Origin: an uncultured Acidobacteriota bacterium
GTDB taxonomy: Bacteria; Acidobacteriota; Thermoanaerobaculia; Multivoradales; SZUA-115
Direction: 5' to 3'
Length of the DNA: 64,000 nt
NCBI GenBank assembly: GCA_963805975.1
Contig: CAWDVR010000001.1
Coordinates: 1,376,001 to 1,440,000, forward strand
Shown here: positions 53,701 to 63,713 of the stretch, one piece after another
Position numbering within the stretch: position 1 is the stretch's first letter
Layout of the letters: the number at the start of each line of letters is the position of its first letter
The notes under the pieces: generated by a model
The model's input: only the letters and a program-made list of their open reading frames with translations
Database searches by the model: none
What the model was told of the DNA's origin: nothing
Translations under genes and position numbers: made by a program

Positions 53701-56224
53701 CCTGCTCACCTGGATCACCAGCACCGTGTTGCCGGCAGCGGGTGATCCCGACGTGCTGCTGCTCGGTGACTTCAACTCCTATGCCCAGGAGAACCCGGTG
53801 ACCACGCTCGCGGCCGGCGGGTTCACCGACCTCGAAACCGCGTTCCTCGGTGCCAACGCCTACTCCTACCTCTTCGACGGCCAGCTCGGTCACCTGGACT
53901 ATGCCTTCGCCAGCTCGAGCCTGCTCCCGCGCGTCACCGGCATCGAGAGCTGGCACATCAACGCCGACGAGGTGCCCCTGCTCGACTACAACGACGAGGT
54001 CAAGGACACCGGCGAGGCCGCCTTCGAGGAGAAGCCCGACGGCTCCGCGCTCGTGCCGCCGCGCGTGATGTTCCAGCCTGCCACTCCCTTCCGCGCTTCC
54101 GACCACGATCCCGTGATCGTCGGGCTCTTCCAGGTCGCCGATCTCTCGGTCACCAAGGTGGACACCCCCGACCCGGTGACCGCCGGCAGCAACTTGACCT
54201 ACACCATCACGGTCGCCAACGCCGGGCCGGATCCAGCCGCTACGGTGGCTCTGTCGGACACCCTGCCCGCGGGGACGACCTTCGTCTCGCTGCCTCAGCC
54301 CGCCGGCTGGACCTGCACCACGCCCGCCGTGGGCTCCGGTGGCACCGTCTCCTGCTCGAACCCCAGCCTCGCGGTGGGCAGCACGGTCTTCACGCTGACC
54401 GTGCAGGTGGGCGCCGGCACGGCCGCCGGAACGGTGCTCTCGAACACCGCCACCGTCACCTCGGCTACGGGCGATCCCACACCGGCCGACCACAGCGCCA
54501 CGGCGACGACGACGGTTGGCGCCTCGGCCGATCTCTCGGTCACCAAGGTGGATACGCCCGACCCGGTGACGGCGGGCACGAACCTGACCTACACCATCAC
54601 CGTCACCAACGCCGGCCCGAGCAATGCCGCCTCGGCCAGCCTCTCCGACACCCTGCCCGCGGGGACGACCTTCGTCTCGCTGCCTCAGCCCGCCGGCTGG
54701 TCCTGCACCACGCCGGCGGTGGGTTCCGGCGGCACCGTGAGCTGCACGAACCCCAGCCTCGCGGCGGGCAGCGCGGTCTTCACGCTGACCGTGCAGGTGG
54801 CCGCCGGCACGGCCGGAGGCACCGTGCTCTCGAACACCGCAACGGTTTCTTCGGCGACCACGGACCCGAGCCCCGGCAACAACAGCGCCACGGCCACCAC
54901 CACGGTGGGTGCCTCGGCGGACCTCTCCGTCACCAAGGTCGACACCCCTGACCCGGTGACGGCAGGAACGAACCTGACCTACACCATCACCGCCACCAAC
55001 GTCGGTCCCAGCAACGCGGCCTCGGCCGGCCTCTCGGACACGCTCCCCGCTGGCACCACCTTCGTCGCGCTCGTCCCGGCAGCCGGCTGGAGCTGCACCA
55101 CCCCGGCGGTGGGCTCCGGCGGCACCGTGAGCTGCACGAACCCCAGCTTCGCGGCGGGAAGCGCCGTCTTCACGCTGACCGTGCAGGTGGCGGCCGGCAC
55201 GGCCGGCGGCACGGTGCTCTCGAACACCGCCACGGTCTCGTCCAGCACCACGGACGGCAACCCCGGCAACAACAGCGCCACGGCCACCACCACGGTGGGC
55301 GCCTTGGCGGACCTGTCCATCACCAAGACCGACAGCCCCGACCCGGTGACCGCCGGCACCAACCTGACCTACACCATCACCGTCACCAACGCCGGTCCCA
55401 GCAGCGCCTCGACCGTCAGTCTCTCGGACACGCTGCCCGCCAGCACCACCTTCGTCTCTCTCGCTTCGCCGGCCGGCTGGAGCTGCACCACCCCGGCGGT
55501 GGGCTCCGGCGGCACCGTGACCTGCGCCAACCCCAGCTTCGCGGCGGGGAGCGCGGTGTTCACGCTCGTCGTGCAGGTGGACGTCGGCACGGCCGGTGGC
55601 ACGGTGCTCTCGAACACCGCCACGGTCACCTCGGCGACCTCGGAGCCCGGCACGGGCGGCAGCAGCAACAGCGCCACGACCACCACCACGGTGACGGCGG
55701 CGAACGCGGTGTCCGCCACCAAGACCGCATCGGGCGGCTCGGGCCCCAACACCACTGTGCTCTATACCGTGGTGCTCTCGAACCCCGGCCCGAATGCCCA
55801 GGGCGACAACCCGGGCGACGAGTTCACCGACGTGCTGCCGACCGACCTGACGCTCACGGGTGCCACGGCTACCAGCGGCACGGTGGCGACCGACGGCAAC
55901 ACGGTGACCTGGAACGGCGCGATCCCGGTGGGCGGCTCAGTGACCATCGAGATCGAGGCCCTGGTCAATCCCGAGGTGCAGCCGGGCACGGTCATCAGCA
56001 ACCAGGGCACCGTGGCCTACGACGCCGACGGCAACGGGACCAACGAGTCCAGCGCCCCGACCGACGACCCGGCCGTGCCCGGCGGCGGCGACCCGACCAC
56101 GATCGTGGTGGGTGTCGCCGGCACGATCGACATCCCGACCCTGGACTCGCTCGGGCTCGTGCTGTTGGCGATGGTTCTGGCGGCGCTCGGGTTGGCCGTC
56201 CTGCGGCGGCGGAAGGCGGCGTAG
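50792..56224 (+). CDS. ExeM/NucH-type extracellular endonuclease with 2 Calx-beta, 4-5 DUF11 domains and an IPTL-CTERM-like anchor
   Basis: GGAGG RBS before TTG and a signal peptide. IHDIQG OB-fold, then NLLNYF, NHFKSKG, LLGDFNSY, LDY and SDHDP (EEP nuclease). Ends IPTLDSLG-TM-RRRK. Confidence 0.9.
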   Translation: MRNSLRLALAASSCLVALALARPAIAQVSMTTIGSPSTQSFDTLATSGTANTWTDNTTLVGWYSQFAATANPTTYRADAGGSNTGAIYSWGTGTATERALGSVGSGGTADIFNAVRLVNNTGVTITSLLVAFNGEQWRAGGCTPTPCTPAAQKIDFQYQVANAGVITDANTPTTGWTDHNPLDFTSPTPGTSTAAALDGNAAANRTALSATVTVTVLAGQEIWLRWFDTNDANNDHGLGIDDLSVTPNGVAQPNLTINDVSLNEGNAGTTNFTFTVSLSAPAGAGGVTFNIATADGTAQDDNPVTEDNDYQLKSLTAQTIPAGSSTYAFTVLVNGDTAPETNETFFVNVSSVTNATTLDSQGQGTIVNDDAAPNLTINDVSLNEGNAGTTTFTFTVSLSAPAGAGGVTFDIATADGTAQDDNPVTEDNDYVAKSLTAQSIPAGSSTYTFDVLVNGDLVPEGNETFFVNVTNVVNAIPADGQGQGTIVNDDLHKIHDIQGNGAATPIPATSVTIEGIVVGDYQGAAQLQGFFLEEENVDFDADPATSEGVFVFCGSCTTAVAEGQRVRATGLVSEFFGMTEVTASSVGSVVVVSAGNHLAEVTAAPLDLPVVGDVNTYYEAREGMLVTFIDTLSVSEYFELPRYGTIELFEGGRPRQFTEASPPSVAGNTAHLDNLNRRRVILDDDDDGQNVPLTLPEGSQFVFHPQANGGFSVGTQGTDFFRGGDLATGLRGVLHWSFSGVSGTDAWRLRPTTAAPATFTATNLRPATPPVVGGAIKAASVNLLNYFTTIDTTSSSTSGPCGPAADQDCRGADSVAELTRQRERTSIVLCALNAHVFGFGELENTTATGTINDLLGAVNARCGGANPYAFVNTGSTLGTDAIRVALIYRSATLSPVGSPLVDLDPIHNRPPTAQTFDVIEAANPAFGQRFTVIPNHFKSKGCDASAVGADADTSDGQGCYNGRRTAQATRLLTWITSTVLPAAGDPDVLLLGDFNSYAQENPVTTLAAGGFTDLETAFLGANAYSYLFDGQLGHLDYAFASSSLLPRVTGIESWHINADEVPLLDYNDEVKDTGEAAFEEKPDGSALVPPRVMFQPATPFRASDHDPVIVGLFQVADLSVTKVDTPDPVTAGSNLTYTITVANAGPDPAATVALSDTLPAGTTFVSLPQPAGWTCTTPAVGSGGTVSCSNPSLAVGSTVFTLTVQVGAGTAAGTVLSNTATVTSATGDPTPADHSATATTTVGASADLSVTKVDTPDPVTAGTNLTYTITVTNAGPSNAASASLSDTLPAGTTFVSLPQPAGWSCTTPAVGSGGTVSCTNPSLAAGSAVFTLTVQVAAGTAGGTVLSNTATVSSATTDPSPGNNSATATTTVGASADLSVTKVDTPDPVTAGTNLTYTITATNVGPSNAASAGLSDTLPAGTTFVALVPAAGWSCTTPAVGSGGTVSCTNPSFAAGSAVFTLTVQVAAGTAGGTVLSNTATVSSSTTDGNPGNNSATATTTVGALADLSITKTDSPDPVTAGTNLTYTITVTNAGPSSASTVSLSDTLPASTTFVSLASPAGWSCTTPAVGSGGTVTCANPSFAAGSAVFTLVVQVDVGTAGGTVLSNTATVTSATSEPGTGGSSNSATTTTTVTAANAVSATKTASGGSGPNTTVLYTVVLSNPGPNAQGDNPGDEFTDVLPTDLTLTGATATSGTVATDGNTVTWNGAIPVGGSVTIEIEALVNPEVQPGTVISNQGTVAYDADGNGTNESSAPTDDPAVPGGGDPTTIVVGVAGTIDIPTLDSLGLVLLAMVLAALGLAVLRRRKAA
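51548..52262 (+). repeat. Intragenic tandem repeat, 2 x 360 bp (Calx-beta)
   Basis: CCCAATCTGACGATCAACGACGTG begins at both 51548 and 51908, with highly similar DNA. Confidence 0.9.
54137..55700 (+). repeat. Intragenic tandem repeat, 4 x 390 bp (DUF11)
   Basis: ADLSV/ITK-encoding units start at 54137, 54527, 54917 and 55307. Confidence 0.9.
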
Positions 56225-56242
56225 CGGCGGGGGCAGCGGGCC

Positions 56243-56266
56243 AGCGAGGGGTTTCGACCCCTCGCT
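56243..56266. terminator. Hairpin between convergent genes
   Basis: AGCGAGGGGT-TTCG-ACCCCTCGCT, a 10-bp stem with UUCG loop and no U-tract. Confidence 0.5.
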
Positions 56267-56295
56267 CCCCTCCCTCTGGCTTGCACGAAGAGCTG

Positions 56296-58368
56296 CTACT
56301 CGTCCGGCACGTTGGCTTCGAGCTCCGCCAGCCAGGTCTCCGCCCCGCTGTCGCTCGGGGCACGCCAGTCGCTGCGCGGCGAGAGAGAGCCGCCGGAGCC
56401 CACCTTGGGGCCGTCGGGCATGGCCGAGCGCTTGAACTGACTCTGCCCGAAGAAGCGCTCGAGGAATACCCGCAGCCAGCGCTTGATCGCCGCCAAGTCG
56501 TGCTCGCCACGCTCCGGGTCCGGGATCGAGGAGGGCCAGAGGCCGCGCTCGCGGTCGCCCCAGGCCTGGTAGGCGAGGAAGGCGACGCGCGAGGGCCGGA
56601 ACCCGTAGCGGCTCACGTAGTAGAGGTGGAAGTCCTGGAGCTCGTAGGGGCCCACCGAGTCTTCCGTGCGCTGCACCCTTGATTTACCGTCCGGCCCCTC
56701 GCCCGGCGGCACCAGCTCGGGCGAGATCACGGTGTCGACGATCGCGCGCAGCACCTCTGCGGTCTCGGGGTCCACTCGCCCGCTCGCCGCCTCCCAGCGG
56801 AGCAGGTGGCGGACCAGAGTCTTCGGCACCGAGGCGTTGACGTTGTAGTGCGCCATCTGGTCGCCGACGCCATAGGTGGTCCAGCCCAGCGCCAGCTCCG
56901 ACAGGTCGCCGGTGCCCACCACCAATCCGCGGTGAAAGTTGGCGAGACGGAAGAGGTGCGAGGTGCGCTCGCCGGCCTGCACGTTCTCGAACGTCAGGTC
57001 GTAGACCGGCTCGCCCTGGGCTGCCGGATGCCCGAGGTCGGCGAGCATCTGGAGGCAGGAGGGGCGGATATCGATCTCCCCTGCGGTCACACCCAGGGCA
57101 CGCATCAGCCGCCAGGCGTTGGCGCGCGTATCCTCGCTGGTGCCGAAGCCCGGCAGGGTGTAGCCGAGCACGTTTGTCCGCGGCAGGCCCAGCCGGTCCA
57201 TGGTCTGCGCGGCGACGATCAAGGCCTGTGTCGAGTCCAGCCCCCCCGAAACGCCGACCACCAGCTTCTCGATGCCGGTGGCCGTGAGCCGCTGCGCCAG
57301 GCCGTGGACCTGGATGCTGTAGACCTCCTGGCAGCGCTCGTCGAGCCGTTCCGCCTCGGCGGGCACGTAGGGAAAACGGTCAACGCGCCGCAGCAGGCCC
57401 TCCTCGGCCGCGGGTGCAGCGAACGCGAAGGGCACGCGCCGGAACGCGGAGAGCGCAGGGCCGTGCTCTCGCGCCGCTTCGTGGAAGCTGGTCAATCGCA
57501 GGCGTTCGGCCGCCAGCCGCTCGAGGTCCAGGTCCGCCACCAGCACCTGCTCGCTCGGAGCGAACCGCTCGCTCTCTGCCAGCAGCGTCGCGTTTTCCCA
57601 GATCATGGCGTGGCCGTCCCAAGCGAGGTCGGTGGTCGATTCGCCCGCGCCGGCCGCGGCATAGAGATAGGCCGCGGCGCAGCGGCCGGACTGCGAAGCG
57701 CAGAGCAGGCGCCGGTAGTCGGCCTTGGCGACGGTGACGTTGCTCGCCGACAGGTTGCAGAGCACGGTGGCGCCCGCCAGCGCGGCGAAGCTCGAAGGCG
57801 GCAGCGGCAGCCAGAGGTCCTCGCAGATCTCGGCGTGGAGCACGAAGCCCGAAAAATTGGCGGCGGTGAACAGCAGGTCGTTGCCGAAGGGCACCTCGCG
57901 GCCTAGGAGCACGGAGGTTTTCGCCACCGCGGCGCTCGCCGGTGCAAAGTGCCGGGCCTCGTAGAACTCGCGGTAATTGGGCAGATAGGTCTTGGGCACC
58001 ACTCCCAGGAGCTGGCCGTGGTACACCACCGCGGCGCAGTTGAAGACCTTGCCCTCCACGACCAGCGGCGCGCCCAGAACCAGCACCGGAGAGAGGCTAC
58101 GACTGGCTTCGATGAGGCGACCCAGGGCGGCTTCCGACGCTTCGAGCAGCGCCTGCTGGTGGAAGAGATCCTGGTTCGAATAGGCGGAGAGCCCCAGCTC
58201 CGGGAACAGGGCCACCGCGGCCCCGAGCTGCGAGGCGCGCTCGGCGAGCTCCAGGGTGCGCTCGGCGTTGACCGCCGGATCGGCCACCGCGACCTTGGGC
58301 ACACAGACCGCAACCCGCAGAAAACCCTGCGCATAGAGGGAATGGAAAGTCTCGCGAGTGGCTGCCAT
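56296..58368 (-). CDS. nadE: Glutamine-dependent NAD+ synthetase
   Basis: Nitrilase domain (FPEL, VVPK, EICEDLW) plus SGGLDS, ENVQAG, GTGDLSE and QFKRS. Confidence 0.96.
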   Translation of the reverse strand: MAATRETFHSLYAQGFLRVAVCVPKVAVADPAVNAERTLELAERASQLGAAVALFPELGLSAYSNQDLFHQQALLEASEAALGRLIEASRSLSPVLVLGAPLVVEGKVFNCAAVVYHGQLLGVVPKTYLPNYREFYEARHFAPASAAVAKTSVLLGREVPFGNDLLFTAANFSGFVLHAEICEDLWLPLPPSSFAALAGATVLCNLSASNVTVAKADYRRLLCASQSGRCAAAYLYAAAGAGESTTDLAWDGHAMIWENATLLAESERFAPSEQVLVADLDLERLAAERLRLTSFHEAAREHGPALSAFRRVPFAFAAPAAEEGLLRRVDRFPYVPAEAERLDERCQEVYSIQVHGLAQRLTATGIEKLVVGVSGGLDSTQALIVAAQTMDRLGLPRTNVLGYTLPGFGTSEDTRANAWRLMRALGVTAGEIDIRPSCLQMLADLGHPAAQGEPVYDLTFENVQAGERTSHLFRLANFHRGLVVGTGDLSELALGWTTYGVGDQMAHYNVNASVPKTLVRHLLRWEAASGRVDPETAEVLRAIVDTVISPELVPPGEGPDGKSRVQRTEDSVGPYELQDFHLYYVSRYGFRPSRVAFLAYQAWGDRERGLWPSSIPDPERGEHDLAAIKRWLRVFLERFFGQSQFKRSAMPDGPKVGSGGSLSPRSDWRAPSDSGAETWLAELEANVPDE

Positions 58369-58451
58369 CGCGGAGATTCTATGCTCTGACCCGGCACGCT
58401 CGGTCCCACGGTCGGGCGCGGGTACAATGCGCGCTCGACCAGGAGGCTCGC

Positions 58452-59690
58452 ATGCGGCTCTACGCATTCCAGGGACTGCGCTTCAACCGGCCGGCCGCGG
58501 AGATCGACCCGCTGGTCGCCCCCGCCTACGACCAGATCGACGACAAGCTGCGGGACGAGCTGCATGCCCGCTCGCCTCAGCAGTTCGCCTGGCTGACGAA
58601 ACCGGTCGCCGGCCCCGGCCGCGACCCCTACCAGCAGTCGGCCTGGCTGCACCGCGAGTGGCTGGAGGACGGCACCGTGGTGCGGGACCCGGAGCCCTCG
58701 CTCTACGCCTATGCGATCGAGCTCGCCGGTGGGGGCCGGCGGCTCGGGATCTGCGCCCTGGCCGGGGTCGAGGACCCGGCGAGCGGCATCATCCGCGCCC
58801 ACGAGGAAACTCTCGACAAGCCGCTCGCCGACCGCGTTGCGCTGCTCAAGGCCAACCGTGTGGACCTCGAGCCGATCTTCTTTCTTACCGAGGACGGCGG
58901 GGCGCTCGATGCGCTGCTCCTGGAAGACATGGCCGGCGCCGAGCCCGTGGCCGAGCACCACGACCCGGACGGCCACCGACATCACCTCTACCGCATCGCC
59001 GATCCGCGTCGCATCACCCGCTACCGAGAGCTCCTCTCGCCGCTCCCGGCCGCCATCGCCGACGGCCACCATCGCTACAAGACCGCCTCCCTCTATGCGG
59101 CGGAGTCGGGCGCCGCGCCGGGCACCGCCGCCGCCGCCAAGCTCACCGTGGTCACCAGTCTCGACTCACCGGGCCTCGCCATCGACCCCATCCATCGCGC
59201 GCTCGGCACGCTGCTGGACGTCACCCCGGCCCGGCACCTGGCCCTTGCGAGGCAGACCCTGGAAACCACGGACGGTGCCGAAGTAGCCGCGGCCGTGGCC
59301 ACCGCGCCGCAGCCGTCTCTGGGAGTCTGGGTGAGCGGAGAGAAGCCCGAGGTTTGGCAGCTCGACGCCAGCCAGGCGCCTGCCGGGCTCCCGGCCGGCG
59401 CCCGCGACCTCTCGGTCTCGCTGCTCCACGGCATGTTCTTGCCGGCGCTCGGCTTCGCGCCGGAAACCGCGACCGACGGCACCATCGTCTACCGTTCGAG
59501 CCCGGAGAAGCTGGCGAGTGAGCTGCGCACGGGTGCCCTCGCCGTGGGGCTGCTGCTGCCGCCGATGACGCCGGCCGCTTTTGCCGCCGCCATCGCCAAC
59601 GGCGACCTGCTACCGCCCAAGTCCACGCGCTTTTTGCCGAAGGTTTTTTCCGGCCTCGTGTGGGCCGATCACGATTCCGGGCTGGGCTGA
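58452..59690 (+). CDS. DUF1015 family protein
   Basis: [17 protein letters not shown] and [20 protein letters not shown]. Confidence 0.9.
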   Translation: MRLYAFQGLRFNRPAAEIDPLVAPAYDQIDDKLRDELHARSPQQFAWLTKPVAGPGRDPYQQSAWLHREWLEDGTVVRDPEPSLYAYAIELAGGGRRLGICALAGVEDPASGIIRAHEETLDKPLADRVALLKANRVDLEPIFFLTEDGGALDALLLEDMAGAEPVAEHHDPDGHRHHLYRIADPRRITRYRELLSPLPAAIADGHHRYKTASLYAAESGAAPGTAAAAKLTVVTSLDSPGLAIDPIHRALGTLLDVTPARHLALARQTLETTDGAEVAAAVATAPQPSLGVWVSGEKPEVWQLDASQAPAGLPAGARDLSVSLLHGMFLPALGFAPETATDGTIVYRSSPEKLASELRTGALAVGLLLPPMTPAAFAAAIANGDLLPPKSTRFLPKVFSGLVWADHDSGLG

Positions 59691-59699
59691 GGAACGAAA

Positions 59700-59826
59700 A
59701 CGGGCCCGTGCACCAGCGGTTGAACGCCTCCCCTCCCTGACACCGTTCTCCTTCGGGAGAGGTTCACCCCGGGAAACGGTAAAAACCGGGGTTCGACGCC
59801 TGCCGCCCGTGCCAAGCATCCGGGCC
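59700..59826 (+). ncRNA. Candidate structured non-coding RNA (family unassigned)
   Basis: Nested pairings GGCCCG/CGGGCC, GCGG/CCGC and TTGAAC/GTTCGA, a cUUCGg hairpin, and a potential pseudoknot. Confidence 0.35.
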
Positions 59827-59901
59827 ACGCGACGCAGAAAGCACGATCGGGGCCAGCTTTGGAACGCAAGGGCTCGGAGAGCGCCGGCAGTTACGCCGGT
59901 C

Positions 59902-62049
59902 TCAGCTCTTGGCTCGCGCGGCGAGCGGTGGCAGCACGTAGAGCGCGACCGCACCGGACATCAGCGTGCCGACCGCCACCGCGATGCCGAAGCGCTGGGT
60001 GGGTGGGAAGCTCGAGAGAGCGAAGAGCACGAAGCCCAGGGCCACGATCAACGTGGCGCTGACCACGGCGCCTCCCATCTCGACCCGCGCCCGGAGCCAG
60101 GCGGCGGCAGCCGGAAGCCCCTCGCGGCGCGCCCGGCGGGCGGCGGCGGCGAGCTGGATCATCGAGTCGACGCCGATGCCGATCGCCACCTGGGCTGCCG
60201 GCGAGGAGATGAAGTCGAGCGGCATGCCGAGGAGACCCATGCCGCCCACCAAGAAGATCGGCACCAAGGCGAGCGCGCCCACCATGGCGAGCCCCGTGCC
60301 GAGCGAGCGCGAGACCCAGCTCCCGATGACGAAGAAGAGCAACAGCAGGCCGGCGAGGCCGGTCGCCAGGCTCTCCGCCACCAGCTCTCCGAGCTTGCCC
60401 TGCAGCTCGTAGAGACCACCCACCAGCTCCGGCTCCAGGCCCGCCTGCCGCACCTGGGCCGAAACCCGGTCGATCACCGCCTGCCGCGGCTCGGCGCGGC
60501 CGGCCTCGCGCATGCGGAGGAAGAACTGGGCGCTCTTGCGGTCGGCGGTGACGAAAGACAGCGCCACCCGGTCGTAGGCGGGCTGCTCGAGCACGGTGAG
60601 GAGCGCAGCCGAGGGCAGGAGGGCCGCCATCGCCGAGGCGCGCCGCGCCTCCTCCAGGAGCGGCGCCGCCGACAGCACGGTGCCGGCCGCCGGCTCTTCT
60701 TCCAGCGCGGCCTGCAGGGCCCGCAGCTTGGCCACCGCCGGCTCCGTGTCGAGCACTTCGCCGGCAGGGTCCCGGACCACGACCGAGAGCGGGCTCGAGC
60801 CGCCGTCGGCGTCGATCAGCTCGAGGCCTTGCCGCAGCTCGGAGCCGGAACGGAAATAGGAGAGCAGGCTGGGGTCGGTCGACAGGCGGAGCGCCCCGAG
60901 CCCCACCACGAGGCACAGGAGGGTGAGCGCCAGCGCCGGCCGCCAGCTCGAGCTCGCAGCCCCGGAACCCATGGAGGCGTTGGCCGGTGGCTTGGCGCCA
61001 CGCAGGAAGGGCGGGTAGAAGGTGTAGGCGGTGGCGATGGCGAGCGCCGTGCCCACCGCACCGGCGAGGCCGAGCTCGCGCATGGGCTTGGCGGAGGCGA
61101 AGAGCAGCGAGAGGAAGGAGAGGAGGGTCGCCGCCATGCACCAGAACGAGGCCGGGAGCGTGAGGCGCACGGCCTCCCTGACTACGGCTTCGGGGTCGGC
61201 ACCCTCCCGCACCGCGAGCCGCCGCCAGTTCGAGGACAGGAACACGGCGTGCGACAGCGTGAGCACGAAGACGATGGTCACCAGGTTGGCGGTCAGGATG
61301 CCCAGGTGAAAACCGGCCACGCCCAAGAGGCCGAGGGTCAGCGCGCAGGCGGTGAGGCACGCCGCGAGAGTGCCGGCCACGATCCGCGCCGAGCGGAACA
61401 GGGCGGCGATCACCAGGCCGAAGATCAGGATGGCGCCGCCGGAGAAGAGCGACAGATCGCGCCGCAGGTAGCGGCGGATCATCTCGACCACGTAGGGAAC
61501 GCCCGAGATCTCGACGTCGAGGCCGGAGCGCGCAGCGGCCTCTTCGACGGCCGCGACGGTCGGAGCCGGCTCGCCGTCACCCAGCAGCACCACGAGGTTC
61601 GTGGCCTGCTCCTCGCGGGGCACCAGCAGGCGGCGCCAGAACGGGCTGTCGAAGGCGGCTGCCGGCCGCGGCGGGCCCTTGGTCAGGCTCTGCACGCTCG
61701 CCACGCCCGGCGCCTGGGCGATCTCCGTGGTGAGCTTCCCGACCGCCTCGGCATACTCCGGCGAGCGCACTGCTCCGGCGGCCCGCAGGATGAGCTGCGG
61801 CCGGGACGGGAAGCGCTCGGCGATGGCCTCCGAGGCCTGGAGCTGCGGATCGTCGGTCGAAAAGAAAAAATCACTCTCGACGCGCGGTGCCAAGTCCACG
61901 CCCAAGAGCACCGCCGCCACGCAGAGCGCGGCGAGGAAGAGCAGGAGGCCCTCGCGCGCCCAGCCGGCCTCGGTCGACCTCGCGTACGCGTGAGGTAGCT
62001 CTCTCGTTGCGGTGCTCGAGCTCCCTGGCAGGCGGCCTGCGCTCCTCAC
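59902..62049 (-). CDS. MMPL/RND-family transporter
   Basis: Two repeats of TM, periplasmic loop and five TMs, with GIGVD motif. Start is uncertain because the 5' end overlaps a palindrome. Confidence 0.85.
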   Translation of the reverse strand: MRSAGRLPGSSSTATRELPHAYARSTEAGWAREGLLLFLAALCVAAVLLGVDLAPRVESDFFFSTDDPQLQASEAIAERFPSRPQLILRAAGAVRSPEYAEAVGKLTTEIAQAPGVASVQSLTKGPPRPAAAFDSPFWRRLLVPREEQATNLVVLLGDGEPAPTVAAVEEAAARSGLDVEISGVPYVVEMIRRYLRRDLSLFSGGAILIFGLVIAALFRSARIVAGTLAACLTACALTLGLLGVAGFHLGILTANLVTIVFVLTLSHAVFLSSNWRRLAVREGADPEAVVREAVRLTLPASFWCMAATLLSFLSLLFASAKPMRELGLAGAVGTALAIATAYTFYPPFLRGAKPPANASMGSGAASSSWRPALALTLLCLVVGLGALRLSTDPSLLSYFRSGSELRQGLELIDADGGSSPLSVVVRDPAGEVLDTEPAVAKLRALQAALEEEPAAGTVLSAAPLLEEARRASAMAALLPSAALLTVLEQPAYDRVALSFVTADRKSAQFFLRMREAGRAEPRQAVIDRVSAQVRQAGLEPELVGGLYELQGKLGELVAESLATGLAGLLLLFFVIGSWVSRSLGTGLAMVGALALVPIFLVGGMGLLGMPLDFISSPAAQVAIGIGVDSMIQLAAAARRARREGLPAAAAWLRARVEMGGAVVSATLIVALGFVLFALSSFPPTQRFGIAVAVGTLMSGAVALYVLPPLAARAKS

Positions 62050-62067
62050 GAGAGAGCTACCTCACGC
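61988..62067. repeat. 80-bp palindromic element (20-bp perfect arms, GTAG-containing)
   Basis: GCGTGAGGTAGCTCTCTCGT (61988-62007) and ACGAGAGAGCTACCTCACGC (62048-62067). Confidence 0.85.
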
Positions 62068-62113
62068 TCGGGCGCGCGCGATCGATCTTCCGTTGCGCTG
62101 CTCACGGAAGAAG

Positions 62114-63568
62114 CTACGCGGCCAGCGCTTGGAGAGTTACAGCCAGCAGGCGGTAGAAGCGGCCCACGGTCTCGATCTCCACCCGCTCGTCGGGCGAGTG
62201 CGGGAACTGGATGGTGGGGCCGAAGGAGATCATGTCCATGCCCGGCTTCTTCTCGCCGAGGATGCCGCACTCGAGCCCGGCGTGGATGGCGCCCACCTTG
62301 GGTGCGAAGCCCAGCACCTCCTCGTGGGTGCGCTGCATCACCGCCAGGAGCGGCGAGTCGAGGTTCGGCTTCCAGCCCGGGTAGCCGGTGCCCTCGGCCA
62401 CCTCGGCGCCGGCGAGCCGGGCGATCGCCCGGTTGCGCTGCCGGATCGCTCGGAGCGCCGAGGCCACGGAGCTCCGGTTGGCCATGGCGATCGAGAGCGT
62501 GCCATCCGTGTCCGTGACCCGCCCCAGGTTGGTCGAAGTCTCGACCAGCCCCGGAATGTCATAGCTCATCGCCAGCACGCCGTGCGGCATCGCGGTCAGG
62601 AGCGCGAGCGCGCGGCCCGTCGAGGCCTCGTCCCACGCCGAGCCCGGCACCTCTTCGGAGGCGATCTCCCACATCAGGCCAGGCTCGGCCGGGAGGTACT
62701 CCTCACGAATCGCCGTCAGGTTCTTCTCCACGAGATCGCGGCAGCGGTCGCGGTCGGCGGCGGCCAGCACCAGGAGCGCCAGCGCCTCGCGCGGGATGGC
62801 GTTGGTCTTGTCGCCGCCCGAGAAACGGGCGAGCCGGAAGGGCGCCTCGAGCGAGGCGGCGAACAGGGCCCGCGCCAGGAGCTTCAGGGCATTGCCCCGC
62901 TGGAGGTGGATGTCCACGCCAGAGTGACCGCCCTTGAGGCCCGCCAGCCGGATCGAGAGCGCCGCGGATCCCGTTGCCGGAGGCGAGGAGGAGAGCGCCA
63001 ACGCGAGCCGGCTGTCGGCACCGCCGGCGCAGCCCACGGTGAGGGTTCCCTCCTCCTCGGAGTCGAGGTTGAGCAGGCGGGTGCCGGAGAGGAGGGAGGC
63101 GTCGAGGCCGGAAGCGCCCGACAGGCCGCGCTCCTCGTCGATCGTGAACAGCAGCTCGAGCGGTCCGTGCACCAGCGAGCGGTCCTCCGCCACCGCCAGC
63201 ATCGCGGCGACGCCGATGCCGTTGTCCGAGCCCAGGGTGGTGCCGGTCGCGGCCAGGAACTCGCCGTCGCGCCGCGGCGCGATCGGGTCGTGGTCGAAGT
63301 CGTGGACCACGTCCGAGTTCTTCTCGTTGACCATGTCGAGGTGAGACTGGAGGATGGTGGCGGGCGCGGCCTCCTGGCCCTGGCTCGCCGGCTTCAAGAC
63401 CACCAGGTTGCCGGCCGCGTCGCTCCGGTGCTCGAGGCCGTGGCGATCCGCGACGCCGATCACGTAGCGCCGCATCCCTTCCTCGTTGCCGGAGCCGCGG
63501 GGGATCTTCAGGATCTCGTCGAAGTGCCGCCAGAGCTGCTGCGGCTGAAGCTGCGCGACAAAGCTCAT
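62114..63568 (-). CDS. pepD: Aminoacyl-histidine dipeptidase (M20C)
   Basis: [39 protein letters not shown] and HSPDE. GGAGG RBS. Confidence 0.95.
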   Translation of the reverse strand: MSFVAQLQPQQLWRHFDEILKIPRGSGNEEGMRRYVIGVADRHGLEHRSDAAGNLVVLKPASQGQEAAPATILQSHLDMVNEKNSDVVHDFDHDPIAPRRDGEFLAATGTTLGSDNGIGVAAMLAVAEDRSLVHGPLELLFTIDEERGLSGASGLDASLLSGTRLLNLDSEEEGTLTVGCAGGADSRLALALSSSPPATGSAALSIRLAGLKGGHSGVDIHLQRGNALKLLARALFAASLEAPFRLARFSGGDKTNAIPREALALLVLAAADRDRCRDLVEKNLTAIREEYLPAEPGLMWEIASEEVPGSAWDEASTGRALALLTAMPHGVLAMSYDIPGLVETSTNLGRVTDTDGTLSIAMANRSSVASALRAIRQRNRAIARLAGAEVAEGTGYPGWKPNLDSPLLAVMQRTHEEVLGFAPKVGAIHAGLECGILGEKKPGMDMISFGPTIQFPHSPDERVEIETVGRFYRLLAVTLQALAA

Positions 63569-63713
63569 ACCGACCTCCCGATCAGCGAAGAGCGATGGTA
63601 TCACCGGCCTGCGGCCGAGCCTCGGATCGAGCCGGGGACTGGACCTCCTTTTCAGCTACAATCCGCCCAAACTTCGCTTCCGTTCCGCCGCCTGCGCGGC
63701 CTTGAGGAGCCTT

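Noticed and set aside
51548-55700. Tandem repeats as a CRISPR array
   Set aside because: The units are 360 or 390 bp, in frame and encode protein domains. There is no repeat-spacer structure and no cas gene.
59700-59814. Canonical tRNA or tRNA-Sec
   Set aside because: The T-stem pairs poorly, no convincing D or anticodon arms can be drawn, and 115 nt is too long. It is kept only as an unassigned RNA candidate.
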